Shown: piece by piece, positions 45,038 through 64,000 of the stretch
How the letters are laid out: the number at the start of each line of letters is the position of its first letter
Position numbering within the stretch: the stretch's first letter is position 1
Source of the DNA: the human T2T-CHM13v2.0 reference genome, Homo sapiens
Strand: one strand, 5' to 3'
Length of the DNA stretch: 64,000 bases
Assembly (NCBI RefSeq): GCF_009914755.1
Contig: NC_060932.1
Translations under genes and position numbers: made by a program
Notes under the pieces: generated by a model
What the model saw: only the letters and a program-made list of their open reading frames with translations
Databases searched by the model: none
Told to the model about the DNA's origin: nothing

Positions 45038-45594
45038 TGTTGTACTTGAGCGAGTTAGAGAAAACGCCACACTTTGAGACGAATTAAGAGTCTGTTTATT
45101 TAGCCAGCGGCCAAGAGACGGCTAGCGCTCAAAGTTCTCTCGGCCTTGAAGAAGGGGCTAGATTTTCCTTTATACTTTGGTTTAGAAAGGGGAGGGGGGT
45201 CTAGTTAAAACAATTTTACAGAAATAAAGTAGGCAAAAAAGTTAAAAGGATAAATGGTTACAGGAAAGTAAACAGTTCTAGGTGCAGGGGCTTAAAGACG
45301 ATTACAAGGTGATAGACGCGGGTCGTTGGGCGTTATCAATGGGACAAATTCTTGGGAACTGCGGATATTGCTCGCCACAGTATCTTATCAATTAATTGCA
45401 TTCTTGGATGTGCTGGGAGTCAGCTTGCACAAGTTAAATCCTTGAGGAAGGGGCTGCCAGTGAAAGAGCCGAGATGGAGTCTGTCTGGCTCTTAGCTAAG
45501 GGAGAGTCAATTCAGGTGGAACCAAGGCTAGGTGATTAAAGGAAAGAGGGAGAGTCTAAAAACAGGGTTAGTGAAAACAAGCTTGGGGATTACA
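45038..45594 (-). mobile_element. LTR6 (HERVS71) solo LTR, LTR6B-like
   Basis: Minus strand TGTAATCCCCAAGCTTGTTTTCACTAACCCTG...AACTCGCTCAAGTACAACA, 557 bp, perfect TSD GTAC. Confidence 0.85.
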
Positions 45595-45670
45595 GTACTA
45601 AGCACTGGGCCACACGCTGCCTCCACTTTGCTCTGCCGCATGTCTTCATACTTTTCTTGCCCCAGTTAAA

Positions 45671-47314
<1,644 letters not shown>

Positions 47315-47534
47315 GTTTTTTCTCTTTTAATTTGTTGAGCTAATGAATTGCAATGGTATGTAGGTATCCTTGTATTCCTGAAATAAACCATACTTGGCCA
47401 TGGCATATTATTTTTTTGATATGCTGCTTGATTCTATTTGCTACTGTCTTATTTATAATTTGTTTTTCAATATTAAACATAGAGATCTGGGTCTATAGAT
47501 TCTTTGAGCTCTATCATTTTGGCGTGTTAAGCTT

Positions 47535-47948
47535 CGCTATGGTTTGGGTGTTTGTCCTCCTAAACCTCATGCTGAGATTTGATCCCCAATGTTGGAGGTG
47601 GTACTTGGTAGGAGGTGTTTGGATTATGGGGGTGGATCCCTCATGAATGCGTGGTGCCCTCTTCATGGTAATAAGGGAGTTCTAGTTCTATGAATTCCCC
47701 CAAAAGCTGGTTGTTTAAACAAGCCTGGCCTCTACCCACTCTCTCTCTTGCCTTTTCTCTTGCTGTGTGATCTCTGCACACCAGCTCCCCTTCATCTTCC
47801 ACCATAAGTGAAAGCAGCCTGAGGCCTCACCAGTAGATACTGGTGCCATGCTTCCTGCACAGCCTGCAGAACTGTGAGCCAAATAAACCTCCTTTCTTTA
47901 TATTACCCAGTCTCAGGTATTCCCTTTATAGCAACATAGACTTAGACA
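47535..47948 (+). mobile_element. MSTB-like MaLR solo LTR
   Basis: cgctatggtttgg...gcagaactgtgagccaaataaacctc...gacttagaca, 5-bp TSD agctt. Confidence 0.88.
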
Positions 47949-48639
47949 AGCTTACAGACAGAAGGCTTCGTAAAGTGAATTGAGGTTTTTAATCTTTTTC
48001 TGTGGCTTGGAAGATTGTAATTAACTTTCAAATTATCTGATCTCTAAAGGTTGGTGAGAGCTCAGCTGTGATCTGGAGCCATCTAGAGCTTTCTTAATGG
48101 TAGCTTTTTAATCACCTCTCTAATCTGTTTTTTTTTTGGCAATTAGTTAATTCAAGTTTTCTACTTTGGCTCAGCTTTAGTATTTTGCTAGGAACCTATC
48201 TGTTCCATCCATATTTTCTTGGCTTTTCCTGGCCTGCCTGGCACAGTCTGTACTGAGAGGACGAAGGCCTTTTCCATGAGTGTCCTTGGCCATGAGTGGG
48301 TCAGGGCATCTCCTTGTTGGCTTGGGTATCAGTGGGGAGTGGAATGAGGACACAGCTTCACCTCTAAGGACTCAGAAGCCTTCTTGCAAAGACAAGGCCA
48401 CCCCTCCCTTGGGGGGGTTGGGGGGTCCAAGATGTGAATAAACATGGAGTGTTCACACCATCCCACGGCCTGCAACCCCAGTGAGAAGGCCCCAGCCGCG
48501 TTTCTCTTTGGAGTGGCCCATCCATAGCATTCTGCCTAAAAAAGCAGGGTCCTGGAGTTCCAGGGCTTCTCACTGCACAGGGCGTGGGACACACCTCTTG
48601 TCTCTTGGGAGGTACCCGGAGCCCAGCCTCTCAGGCGCT

Positions 48640-49220
48640 GGGCGATGCAGGGGGTGGGGACTGTAAGCCCTGGGAGATGGGGCAGTGAGGGGCGCTGTGA
48701 GGCAGGGTGGTGTGGGAACTGAAGGTGGGGGCGCTATGGAGGATGCGGGGTGGTGTGTTGTAGGGGAGGGCGGTGTAGGGGATGGGTGGGGCAGGGCAGT
48801 GGGGCGGGGCCTTGGGGCGGGCGCTGTGGGGCGGGGTGGTGTGGGGGGCTATGGGAAGGGGCACTCTGGGGAGCTGTGGGGTGGGGTGCTGTGGGGCACC
48901 TTGGGGCGGGCCGGTGTGGGGGTGCTGTGGGTGGGGCAATGTGGAGGGTCATAGGTTGGGGCCTTGAGGCGGGGGTGGGAGGCTGTGGGGTATTGTGGGG
49001 TGGGGCCTGGCGCTGTCAGGGGCGGTGGGGCTGAGGGACCCGAGGTCGAGGCCTCGTGAGGCGCTGTGGGGCAAGGTGCTGTGGGAGGCTTAGGGGGCTG
49101 GTGGGCTGGGGGCACGGAGGGGAGGCTGTGTGGGCGCTCGGCGGCAGGGCGGGGCGGGGTGCTGGTGGGCTACGGGACGGGAGGGTGGGACAGTCTGCGG
49201 ACCATGCGGGGCTGGGTGGG
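48640..49220. repeat. G-rich low-complexity degenerate repeat
   Basis: Recurrent g(c)gctgtgggg(c/t)gg units with dozens of G3-G5 runs. Confidence 0.85.
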
Positions 49221-49399
49221 CTGGATCAGTGCCCAAGTTGACTTCGCGTCACCAACTGGCATGAGGTTTGGGTAGGAAAGCGGGCTTCTCACAAGAATAA
49301 AATCCATCAAGGTCCTCTGTCTCCACTGGAGCCCCCAGTCACAGCGCCTTCCTCCGGGCTAGAACCTGTCGGGGGCCCCCAGCCTGTCCAGGGCCGCTG

Positions 49400-50300
49400 T
49401 CTTCCAGGAAAGAGAGAGCTGTGCCCAGAGAGGAGACAGAACTCTTTCTCCGTGAATCGCATCCTTTTCTGTGCGGGATGATTTACATTCTGGGAACAAA
49501 CGGGGCCGTATCTCACAGTGCTGCAGGATGCCAGTGGTGCAAACAGTCGGCGACCCGGCCATTTCCCGAGGGTCTCAGGCGTCCCACCCAACGGCCGCTC
49601 CCCGTTCCCTGTCCGTCACCTCCTCGTTCTCCTACGAAGGCGCGAACGTTCCAGACTCTCGCCGGTCCTCGACAGCACTCATTCAGTCTCCCCCCTGGAG
49701 ATCCCAGGCTGTACTCTGGGACAGAAAAGAAGGCGGGTACGACCGCGGTGTCGGGTCCTACCTTAGCCGCTCCTTCTCCTGAGGGAGCCAGGCGGGAGAG
49801 AGGGGAACCACCGAGGCCTCGGTCTTCCCGCGTCCCAGAGCGGCCGGGCGAGTCTCACTTCCGGCCTGTGACCCGCTGACCTGTCCTTGTCCCACCAGTC
49901 GGGCGGTGAATTGGACTGACTGGTGACCCCTGGCACCAGGCTTCCCCATGGGCACCGGAGCAGGCGGACAGGGGTGGGGTCCCGCGAGCGACACGGAAGG
50001 GTCAGTGTGGCGGAGCGGACCCTGTGGAGGCGGGGTCACTGTGCTCCTGAGAAGGGTCCTCGGGGGTGGAGTCTATCAAGGTTGCGGGGGCGTGGTCACG
50101 GAGCGGAGCCAATAAAAGCGGGGCGTGCACGGCCGCGGGCCAGTGCCTATGAAGGGCGAGGGGTGTGGTCACAGGGCGGGATCTACGAAGGATGCAGGGG
50201 CGAGGCCGGGTCTCTGCAGGATGTGCGGTCGCGGGTCGGAGTCTATAAAGGCAAGGGGCGGGGTCCCTGGGTTGGGTGAGGGGTGTGGTCATGGGGGGCA
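49400..50300. promoter_or_regulatory. CpG-island promoter, probably of the KRAB-ZNF pseudogene and possibly bidirectional
   Basis: CpG-rich; ETS acttccgg about 49857, CCAAT 50109, several GC boxes, YY1 ccgccatttt about 50598; minus-strand donor CTAAG|gtagga at 49762. Confidence 0.75.
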
Positions 50301-50590
50301 GGTCTGTGTAGGGTGAGGAGCTTGTTCCCCGAATGAGGGTCTGTGAAGGGTGAGGGGCATGTTCCTGGGGTGGGGGTGTTTGTGAAGGATGAGGAGAGTT
50401 TTTCCGGCATGAGGGGCTGTGAAGGGTGAGAGCCATGTTGCCGGTGGTGCGGGTCTGTGAAGGGTGAGGGGAGTGTTCCTGGAGCAGGATATGTGAAGGG
50501 TGAATGACGTGGTTTCGGGGTGAGGTTAGTGCAGGATGAAGGGAGTTGTCTAGGAGCTGTGTCCTCTAAGGTGAGGGGCGTGGTCTCTGG
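50140..50590. repeat. Degenerate G-rich tandem repeat
   Basis: Recurrent (t)gtgaagggtgagggg roughly every 40 bp. Confidence 0.7.
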
Positions 50591-51182
50591 GCGGGGTCCG
50601 CCATTTTGTCTGGTGAAAGTTGGGAAGGGACAAGCGAGACTCCCACCTCTGGCCTCATCCTCAGCCCTGCGTTTTCCCCACTTGTACTGCCAGAAAGCTG
50701 AGTGGTGGCAATCACTTTTGGAGTCTTCCTGAGACAATCCACCAATATGAAGTAAACTCGAGGAAGTGCGAGGAAATCATTCGTTCATTCATTGATTCCA
50801 CTCAAGGATCACCCAGGGCTCCTCTCTCAGCTCTTCTTCTCACGTCCAATGCCCTACAAGATATCTAGAAGCTGCCCTGCTGTCCCTGCACGGCTCTTGG
50901 GCCGGAAGCGTGCTGGGGGTGGTGGGGGCCAGGGAATAGCATAAAGAGGGAAATGTGGAGCAGAGCCTGGCTCTGTCTGTGCAGGACTCTCCTCTCAAGC
51001 ATGAATGGCCATGGGATGGTGATGACAGGTGGTACCTCTGACTTAGCAAACGTGGAGCACTGAGATAGGAAAGGGCCACTGGACCCCAACCTGTGCCCTG
51101 GACCACAGGTTTCCTCCCGTGTCCTCTCCTGCCTCCAGACTGCCCTCTGCAAGAAGCCAGAGTGATGTCTTCCATTGCTGCT

Positions 51183-51825
51183 TGTTAGAAATAAATGCTC
51201 ATTCCCTGGTGTCGCAAGGAAGAGGCAGCATTTAGACAAAAAGTACTCTCAGCAAGGCAACTTTACTTTCTGCAGAAATGGTACTGCTTGCCAGCAGTCT
51301 TGCCAAGAGAGTACACCGAACAAAGGGAGACAGGAATATGTATCCCTAACGCATGAGGTCCCTACTGCTGTGTCCTATCTCCGTTGGCTGAGTTGGACCT
51401 CACATTCTAGGCTGAACTTAATTGGTTAACAATTTAAAACTTTCTAAATAGGTAAAGACAATGAGGAACAAAGGAAAAGAGGAAGTTGCTTACGAAAGGA
51501 CTTTAGAACAGTAATAACATTTCTGAATAAGGAAGGGGCATAGGCTGCAAGCTGGGACATGTCTGGGCACGTCCAGCACGAATATTTCGGTTAAGGTACA
51601 AGGACACAGAATGTACTACATGTCTGTGAAAATGTCTAACACAAATACTGAAGTCAGAGTATACAGGCATACGGTATGCTTATTCTGTTACATTTGCTAT
51701 ATAAGGCATAACAGAGTTATCACTATAAAATAACAAGCTTGAATAGAACTAGCTCTGAGAGAAAATACCAATAACATTTCTGATTTAAAGAAGAAACTTT
51801 GAAGAGGAACTTTTTACTTTCCACA
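51183..51825 (-). mobile_element. LTR10-family (HERV-I) solo LTR
   Basis: Minus strand TGTGGAAAGTAAAAAGTTCCTCTTCAAAGTTTC...TTTCTAACA, perfect 5-bp TSD CTGCT. Confidence 0.85.
51555..51574. promoter_or_regulatory. p53 response element (19/20 match, no spacer) inside LTR10
   Basis: GGACATGTCT GGGCACGTCC against RRRCWWGYYY x2. Confidence 0.7.
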
Positions 51826-51978
51826 CTGCTCTTAATTTTGAGAATGTTCAAATCCACAGAAAAGTATTATGAACACCATAAACTCTTCATTTAGATTCTA
51901 TAGTTGTTGACATTTTGCCACACTGGCTGTATCTTTGAATATATTTACTTTTTGCTGCTGAAAAGTAATTTGAAAATA

Positions 51979-52407
51979 CCGTTGACCCTTGAATAATAAA
52001 GGGGTTGGGGCAGTGACCCCTGTGCAGTTGAAAATCAAAGCATAACTTTTAACTCCCCTAAAATTTAACTACTAATAGCCTACTGTTGACTGGAAGCCTT
52101 ACGCATAACATAGTCAATTAACACATTTTTTATGTTATATGTATTATATACTCTATTCTTTAGATAAGCTAGAGAAAAGAAAATGGTGTTCAGAAAATCA
52201 TAAGGAAGACATAATATATTTAATATTCATTAAGTGAAAGTGGATCATCATAAAAGTCTTCATCCTCATTGTCTTCACATTGAGTAGTCTGAGGAAGAGG
52301 AGGAAGAGGAGGATTGGTCTTGCAATCTCAGGGGTGACTGAGTTGGAAGAAAATCCAATTATAACTGACCCTTGCAGTTCAAACCTGTGTTGTTTCAGGG
52401 TCAGCTG
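51979..52407. mobile_element. Tigger2a/MER28-type MITE
   Basis: TIRs ccgttgacccttgaa / ttcagggtcagctg, TA on both sides, inserted in antisense L1. Confidence 0.8.
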
Positions 52408-52532
52408 TAATTTGTAGACATCATGACACTTTCCCTTAGGTACCTCAGCCTATTTCCTAGAGATGAGGACATTTTCTTACATGATAGCAATACTTTATTT
52501 CACCTGAGAAAATTAACAATTATCCCGTGGTC

Positions 52533-53564
<1,032 letters not shown>

Positions 53565-54680
53565 TGTTTTAATCTGGAATAGCTTCCCTGCTTTTTGTTT
53601 CTCTTTAGGACACTGACTTGTGACCATGTGTGGCCATCTATCTGTGTTATACCCCATGTTCTAGGTGTAACATGGAGCCCACACAGATTAACACTCCCTG
53701 CCCTTCATGCCCCAGTGGGTGGAGTCGTGGTCTCTGCTGTCCATGAGGCAGAGGTGGTTGAGGTGACATGCAGCCAATTATGGCTTGCCCCCAACCCCCT
53801 GGGCCCAGCTGCTGGGGAGAGACCCCTGCTGACCACCTTTCCAGGGTCCAGCTCAGGCCGTGCCCCTCCACCTGCAACCATGATGCCATGGTGGCTTCTT
53901 TTGTGGTGGCCTCTTTCGAGGGGGTGCAGGGAGGCTGCAGAGCTGAGGCCTCAAGATGGACAGGGCTGTGGGCCAGAGGCCTGGTGAGGAAGCCAGTTTA
54001 CAAACCCCAGTCAGAGCGGGCTGAGCCAGGGGCCGGCAGAGACTGAGAGACCAAGGACCAGGGTAGTGATTGGGGGAGGGAGGCGCCCTGGCCTCAGGCA
54101 GGGGTGGGGGCGGCTGGGGAGGAGGGGAGCAGGTGGAGGGGTGAGCCCTCACCCCCTGCCATTCCCAGCCTGGGGCCTGCTGCCAGCTCTACCAAAAGGG
54201 TTTTCTCCAGGCCCAAACTATAGGTCCTCCTGCAGGAAACTCTGAGGATGCACACCCCTCCAGCATGACTCCAGCCCCTCTTGAACATGCCTCGCCCCCA
54301 CAAGGCATTGATTTGAGGTGCTCTAGGGAGGAGGGCAAGCTGGAGACCCGAGGGAGCCCACAGTGGACCCAAACTCCGGGGGTGGGAGAGGGTACCAGTG
54401 GGAGGTGTTGCCAGGCAGGGTCAGGGTCAGGTCACATCCTCCAGACTCCAAGCAGCAGAGGCACAGCATCACCCTTGAACCTGAATTCAAGGGCTCTGCA
54501 GCAGCACTAAGCCCAGGTGAGAAGGTCTTGGGCACAGGTGCCCTTCATGCTGAAGGAAATGCAGGGTCACCAGCTCCTAAGACAGCTTGTTACCTGGGGC
54601 CGCTGCAGCAGTCAGGTCTGCGGGGCATGGGCTTGCCCTTTTGTGTCTTCCTTTTGACACCCTGCCTCTATCCTTCCCAG

Positions 54681-58177
<3,497 letters not shown>

Positions 58178-58742
58178 CTGCCCTAGCAGGTGCTTGCCCC
58201 AGGGTGGCCATGCTCTGTAGGGAATCTTGCTTTAGACTGGGATTGTAAGATGGAGACAAAGACAGCCTTATTCCTGGCTGGGAATGCCACTGGAAATGCT
58301 AGGGGAGGCCAGTGGTCCATGGCGTGGCCTGATCTCAAATATGCAGAAACCAGAAGCAGAGACCAGACCCAGAGAGAGGCAGATAAATGCAACCCCCAAA
58401 GTGGATGCACAGGAAAATGGAAAACTACTAGAGTTAGTGTTGGGTCTCCAGAGCTGCCTTTTTATCCTGAACAATGATGAGCAATGACTCCAGGTCTTCG
58501 TGAAACCAAACAGAATAGCTGAGGCAGCTTCCTACACCTCTGCACTAAGTTTTTTAAATCTGAAAGCATGTAGAATGAGTGTCAGCCGCACCAACATGTA
58601 GGATCTGTCTTTTAATCAGAAGGCAATCCGTTGTGGCTACTGGCTATACTGAAAACATAACATTATTTTAACATAATCCTTCAGCAGCTTAGGATAAAAT
58701 CCTTGACTTTAGAATGAAGTTTTCACTATGAAATGAAATCAA

Positions 58743-60040
<1,298 letters not shown>

Positions 60041-61459
60041 TGTTTTCAAAAGGGAGGGGAGGGTAGACTCTTGAGTCTTGTCTACAATTCTGTACTCCTT
60101 TCAGGGAAAACGGACCTTACATTCATAAAAGGGGAGCCACAGCAGCTGTTGTCACCAACAGGTGCTTTTGTGCATCACTGATTTGTGTCTGGCTCACTCA
60201 CTTCCACTTGTCCTGTTGTGCACACCGTTGGATGCCAGGTGACACTTGCCAAGGTCGTAAGTGCCACAGGACTTGCAGTGAAGGGAAGGGTTGATTGGGG
60301 AAGAGGGATGAGGAAGGTTTGGATGAAGGGATAGAACTGGGCCTTGAAGGATTGACAAGATGATGGCAGAAGGAACACAGATGAGCTGGGAAGAGGCTGA
60401 TACTCTCAGATGCCGTGGAGTTGGGAGTGTGAGGACCCGGGAAGGACTGGGATCCTGCAGAGCCTGGCCTTGCAGGCCCTGCTGGGGAGTGTGTTCAGTC
60501 CTGGAGACATGGGAGCTGTAGGATATTTTGAACCAGGAGGGTTTCAGAATTCCTCTTCAAGGCCATCTGGGTACGTGGACTGCAAAGCACCTGGCAGCTC
60601 CCTGTGCCCACGAAGTTACTGTGCTCCATGTTGTGCATGGCTCTTCTCCTCACCTGTCATCCAGGGGTGTCATAGGTATGCTGCCCTGTTCCTCAGACTG
60701 TAAACTGGCTTCTTGATTACCCTCATGGCTCCTTTTCCTTCACATGAGATTTTATGGTTTAAAAAAAAAAAAAAAAAGAACCCACACAGTTTGTGGCTGA
60801 ATGCTGTGGTCAAGGACCTGGGCCATAGCGCACTTGTACTGGGGAGATCAGCAGGGAGATTACTGAGAGGCAAACTCACCTGCCCAGAGTCTGGACTGTG
60901 GCTCTGCAGGCTCTGATACCTGATTCTTCCCTCATACTGAGATGATCCCTACACTCCAGGAAGTGGACATAGAAGACCAGAAAGTCAGGGCACAGATTGA
61001 GCCCTGCTAGAGGCTAGATTCTTAACATCTGCCCGAAAGTTGTTAGCAACCCTGGTGTTGCCACTGGGATTGTACCTCCGTTTGTGCATAGGTCTTGAGG
61101 GAAGCTGGAGGAACAGAAACCAGAACATGGGGAGTGGACAGTGCCTGGACAGTATCTGTACATTTCTGGCTCTTTGTCTTTCCATTTTCTTTCCTCTAAG
61201 GCTTAGAGTCCAAGCTGAATGTTAGTTTCCTCTGTGTTTCTCTAATGAATGATTAGGTTTCTGCTCATGAAATTAAAATCTCATTCTATGCCCTTTGGGA
61301 CAATAAATTTAGACTTGATGGAAGTTTAGAACGACTCCCAAATTATTCAGTAACACATTTAAAGACAGTCTCTTGTCTGTCCCTATGATGGCCAGCCACA
61401 TCGAATGTGAGAGCCTGGGGGGAGTAAAAAGAGGGTTTTGGAGTGGGACAGATGGATCT

Positions 61460-61593
61460 GGATCATAGACAATTTGTTCAACCTCAGCTTTCTTACCTGT
61501 GAAATGGTGATGTCAATCCTTACCTGGCACACGCAGAGCACTTGGCACCACCTGGCACATAGCAGGTGCTCCATGAATGGCAGCTACTGTTAC
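61460..61593 (+). mobile_element. MIR 3' part
   Basis: cctcagctttcttacctgtgaaatgg...cctggcacatagcaggtgctccatgaatggcagctactgttac. Confidence 0.7.
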
Positions 61594-62043
61594 TGTGTCT
61601 GGAGTTGGTTCCTTCCAGTTGGTTCGTGGTCTCACTGACTTCAAAAATGGAGCCACCAACCTTCACAGTGAGTGTTACAGCTCTTAAAGATGGCACGGAC
61701 CCAGAGTGAGTAGCAGCAACATTTATTGTGAAGCGCGAAAGAACAAAGCTTCCACAGCATGGAAGAAGATCCGAACGGGTTGTCCCTGCTGGCTGGAGGG
61801 TGGTCAGCTTTTATTCCCTTATTTGTCCCTGCTCATGTCCTGCTGATTGGTCCATTTTACAGAGTGCTGATTGGTCCATTTTACAAACCTCTAGCTAGCT
61901 CTACAGAGCACTGACTGGTGCATTTTACAAACCTCTAGCTAGCTACAGAGTGCTGATTAGTGCATTTTACAATCTCCTTGTAAGACAGAAACGTTCTCTG
62001 AGTCCCCACTCGACCCAGGAAGTCCAGCTGGCTTCACCTCTCA
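61594..62043 (-). mobile_element. Short LTR12 (LTR12F-like) solo LTR
   Basis: Minus strand TGAGAGGTGAAGCCAGCTGGACTTCC...CCAGACACA, CCAAT repeats, perfect TSD TTAC. Confidence 0.9.
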
Positions 62044-62369
62044 TTACCACCACAGTGGACTTTAGTAGGCTAATGGTCAAAGGCAACTTTATCTTTGTGA
62101 CCAGGAGATAACTTTTTCCCCAAATGGGTGAAAAGACTAAGGTTCTGACATGTTGCTTCCGGGCTCCTGCTGTGGATATCATCAACCACAGCCACCTGGA
62201 AACATTCCCGAGATACCTATTTTTCCTACAGAGAAGTCAAGTTATTTTTCCTACCTTCGGTCCTTAGTTCTCATTCTCCAAGGAACTCAACAGTCCTGAG
62301 CAACACTGAGGTCTCAGGGGCCTAGTTCCATGAGGGACTCTGTGGCAACTGGCCCCTGGGTCCCTCCCC

Positions 62370-64000
62370 TCCCATCCAGGGCCGCCCCAGCGGTCTCCAT
62401 GCCCAGGGCGCCTCTTCCCTCTTCAACAGCCCCAGGGGCACCAGGGCCGCTTCTCACTCAACACTGTCTCTGGGCGACCTCGCGAGCTCAGTGGCATCAC
62501 TGACCATCAAGACGCCCCAATTTGCATCTACATCACAGCAGCATCTGCCGGCTTTAGGTCCTGTCTTCACCAGGATGTCCCACAGTCGCTTCACACTAAG
62601 AGCCCAACTGGCCCCTTCCTTGCCCGGACCCGGAGCTCCTGTCGGGGACCGTTGAACCACCGAGTGGGCGGTCATCCGGGTGTCTCAGAGCAGACCGAGA
62701 GCAGGTGCGCAGACCTCTGTGGACGGCTACTTCCGGTGCGCTCCCAACAGGTTTCCGCCCGGGGTCACCGGCCGCAGTGCTCCTTTCGGCTCCAGGGAAG
62801 CGCGGACTCGCCCCTGCTGCCCGCCCGGCGTTGCCTCAGCACATCCCTGACCGTCGGAGGAGCCCCTAGAAGTGGCAGTGGGCGCAATGGTGGCGGCGTG
62901 TGGCGGGGCCGTGCCCAGAAGCGCTCGCAGTCCCGGAGCGGTGGGGGAGGGCCGCTGCACCCCGCGCCCGAGTCTGGGCGTCCGCATTGCCGCGTGGCCG
63001 GCGAATTGCGCCCGAGGGGGTGGTTAAGACAAAAGCGTGGGGAGGGGCCACGTCCCCGCTGCCCCAGCCAGGCGTTTCCTTGCCTCGCTGATCGTTCCTC
63101 TACGGCGGGAACGCGAGGCGCCCACCGGGGATGTCGCTAATGAGTCCGCGGGGCGACGCCGAGAGTGGCTTGTGAGGGGTCCCCGCCGGAGCCCCTGGCG
63201 CGCGCCTCTTCCAGTGCTTTCCACCTCATTTCTGGCCGAGTGCCTCGAGAGGGTAGAGGGCGAGAAATCCTTTGCCTCAAACATCCCCTAAATGGGTCGG
63301 AAAGATCAAAGAGAAACGTTTCTGAGGGAAAACCTGGCGTCATCGCGTCAGCCACGTTTTCAGAGCGTGCGTTTTCCGCGGGGTGGGAGCTGCCGTCTGA
63401 CCATAGGTTTCTTGCGGCCCTAGATTCTTCGGCGCCTTAAACCTGGGGTTCCGGAAGCTGTAGCCCCCGTTTCAAAATCCGCCGGAAGCGCCTGACCCCC
63501 AGAAGTCGCGCTCTGCCCTGACCTGCCGGAGAGCGGGGGCCGCGCGGAGTTTCCGCGGGACTTCCTGCTGTGGAGGTTAAAGCACGGTTTGTCAAAACGC
63601 CTTAGAACTTGCAATGCCGGCCATTCGCGTCGGGGTGGGGTCCCCAGAAGCAGACCCTGAGGTGAGGCTTCCTGTATTCTTGGCTTATTGGGAGGCGCAG
63701 GCTCGGCCAGTGAGGACTGGGAAGAAGAGGAGGCCAGCCCGGGTGAGCGTCGTGCAGAGGCCGCGGGGTGACCGGGTCCAGTCCTGCAGGGGGGTCTGGA
63801 ACATGTTCGGATCGGACCTCAGCGCGGATCCCTCCCGTCGGGGTGGAGGGAGCTGGGCCTTTTCTGCCTCAGCGGCTTTAGGACTGTTCCAGGAAGAGGT
63901 GAGCAGCGGCGGCCCTCGACCCAGAGAAGCAGGGGCCACAAGGAACTGGGTGCAGGAAGGTGGTGAAGGGCCCAAAGGACGCGTGCGTGGCCTCAGGAAG
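62370..64000. promoter_or_regulatory. Third CpG island with no assignable gene in the window
   Basis: CpG-rich; ETS acttccggt 62729, ccggaag 63451 and 63482, octamer ATTTGCAT 62520-62527, cgtca half-CRE sites. Confidence 0.75.
63628..63720 (-). mobile_element. LTR16-like (ERVL) end fragment inside the CpG island
   Basis: gggtccccagaagcagaccctgaggtgagg...cttattgggagg resembles the reverse complement of the LTR16 3' end. Confidence 0.4.

Noticed and set aside
53770-54320. Possible SCAN-domain exon upstream of the KRAB exons
   Set aside because: No SCAN motif (RQRFR, GPREAL, LEQFL) recognisable in any listed frame

Overview
This is primate (almost certainly human) genomic DNA, dense in Alu, L1 and LTR elements. 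It contains no intact protein-coding exon, tRNA, rRNA or CRISPR array. There are three CpG islands (about 31.5-33.8, 49.4-50.3 and 62.4-64 kb). The first is the promoter and first exon of a minus-strand gene whose long first intron fills 1-32.7 kb. From memory of the locus layout this looks like the 5' end of ARHGAP39 next to the 8q24.3 ZNF cluster, but this is unverified. About 1 kb upstream of that TSS is a 2.56-kb VNTR (35/36-bp unit) that appears to have grown out of an L2 fragment; nearly every unit carries RUNX- and RBPJ-type motifs. The second island probably drives an unprocessed KRAB-C2H2 zinc-finger pseudogene (54.7-58.2 kb). Its ATG, KRAB-A and KRAB-B exons are still in frame, but it has a dead splice donor, stop codons, frameshifts and an Alu in the finger array. 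Many LTRs keep exact TSDs: a full THE1A provirus, two MER52, a sense-oriented LTR12D nested in an Alu, LTR6B, an LTR10 with a near-perfect p53 site, and LTR12F. I see no convincing new biological system; the best leads are regulatory. Repeat subfamily names come from recalled consensus sequences, not from a RepeatMasker run.
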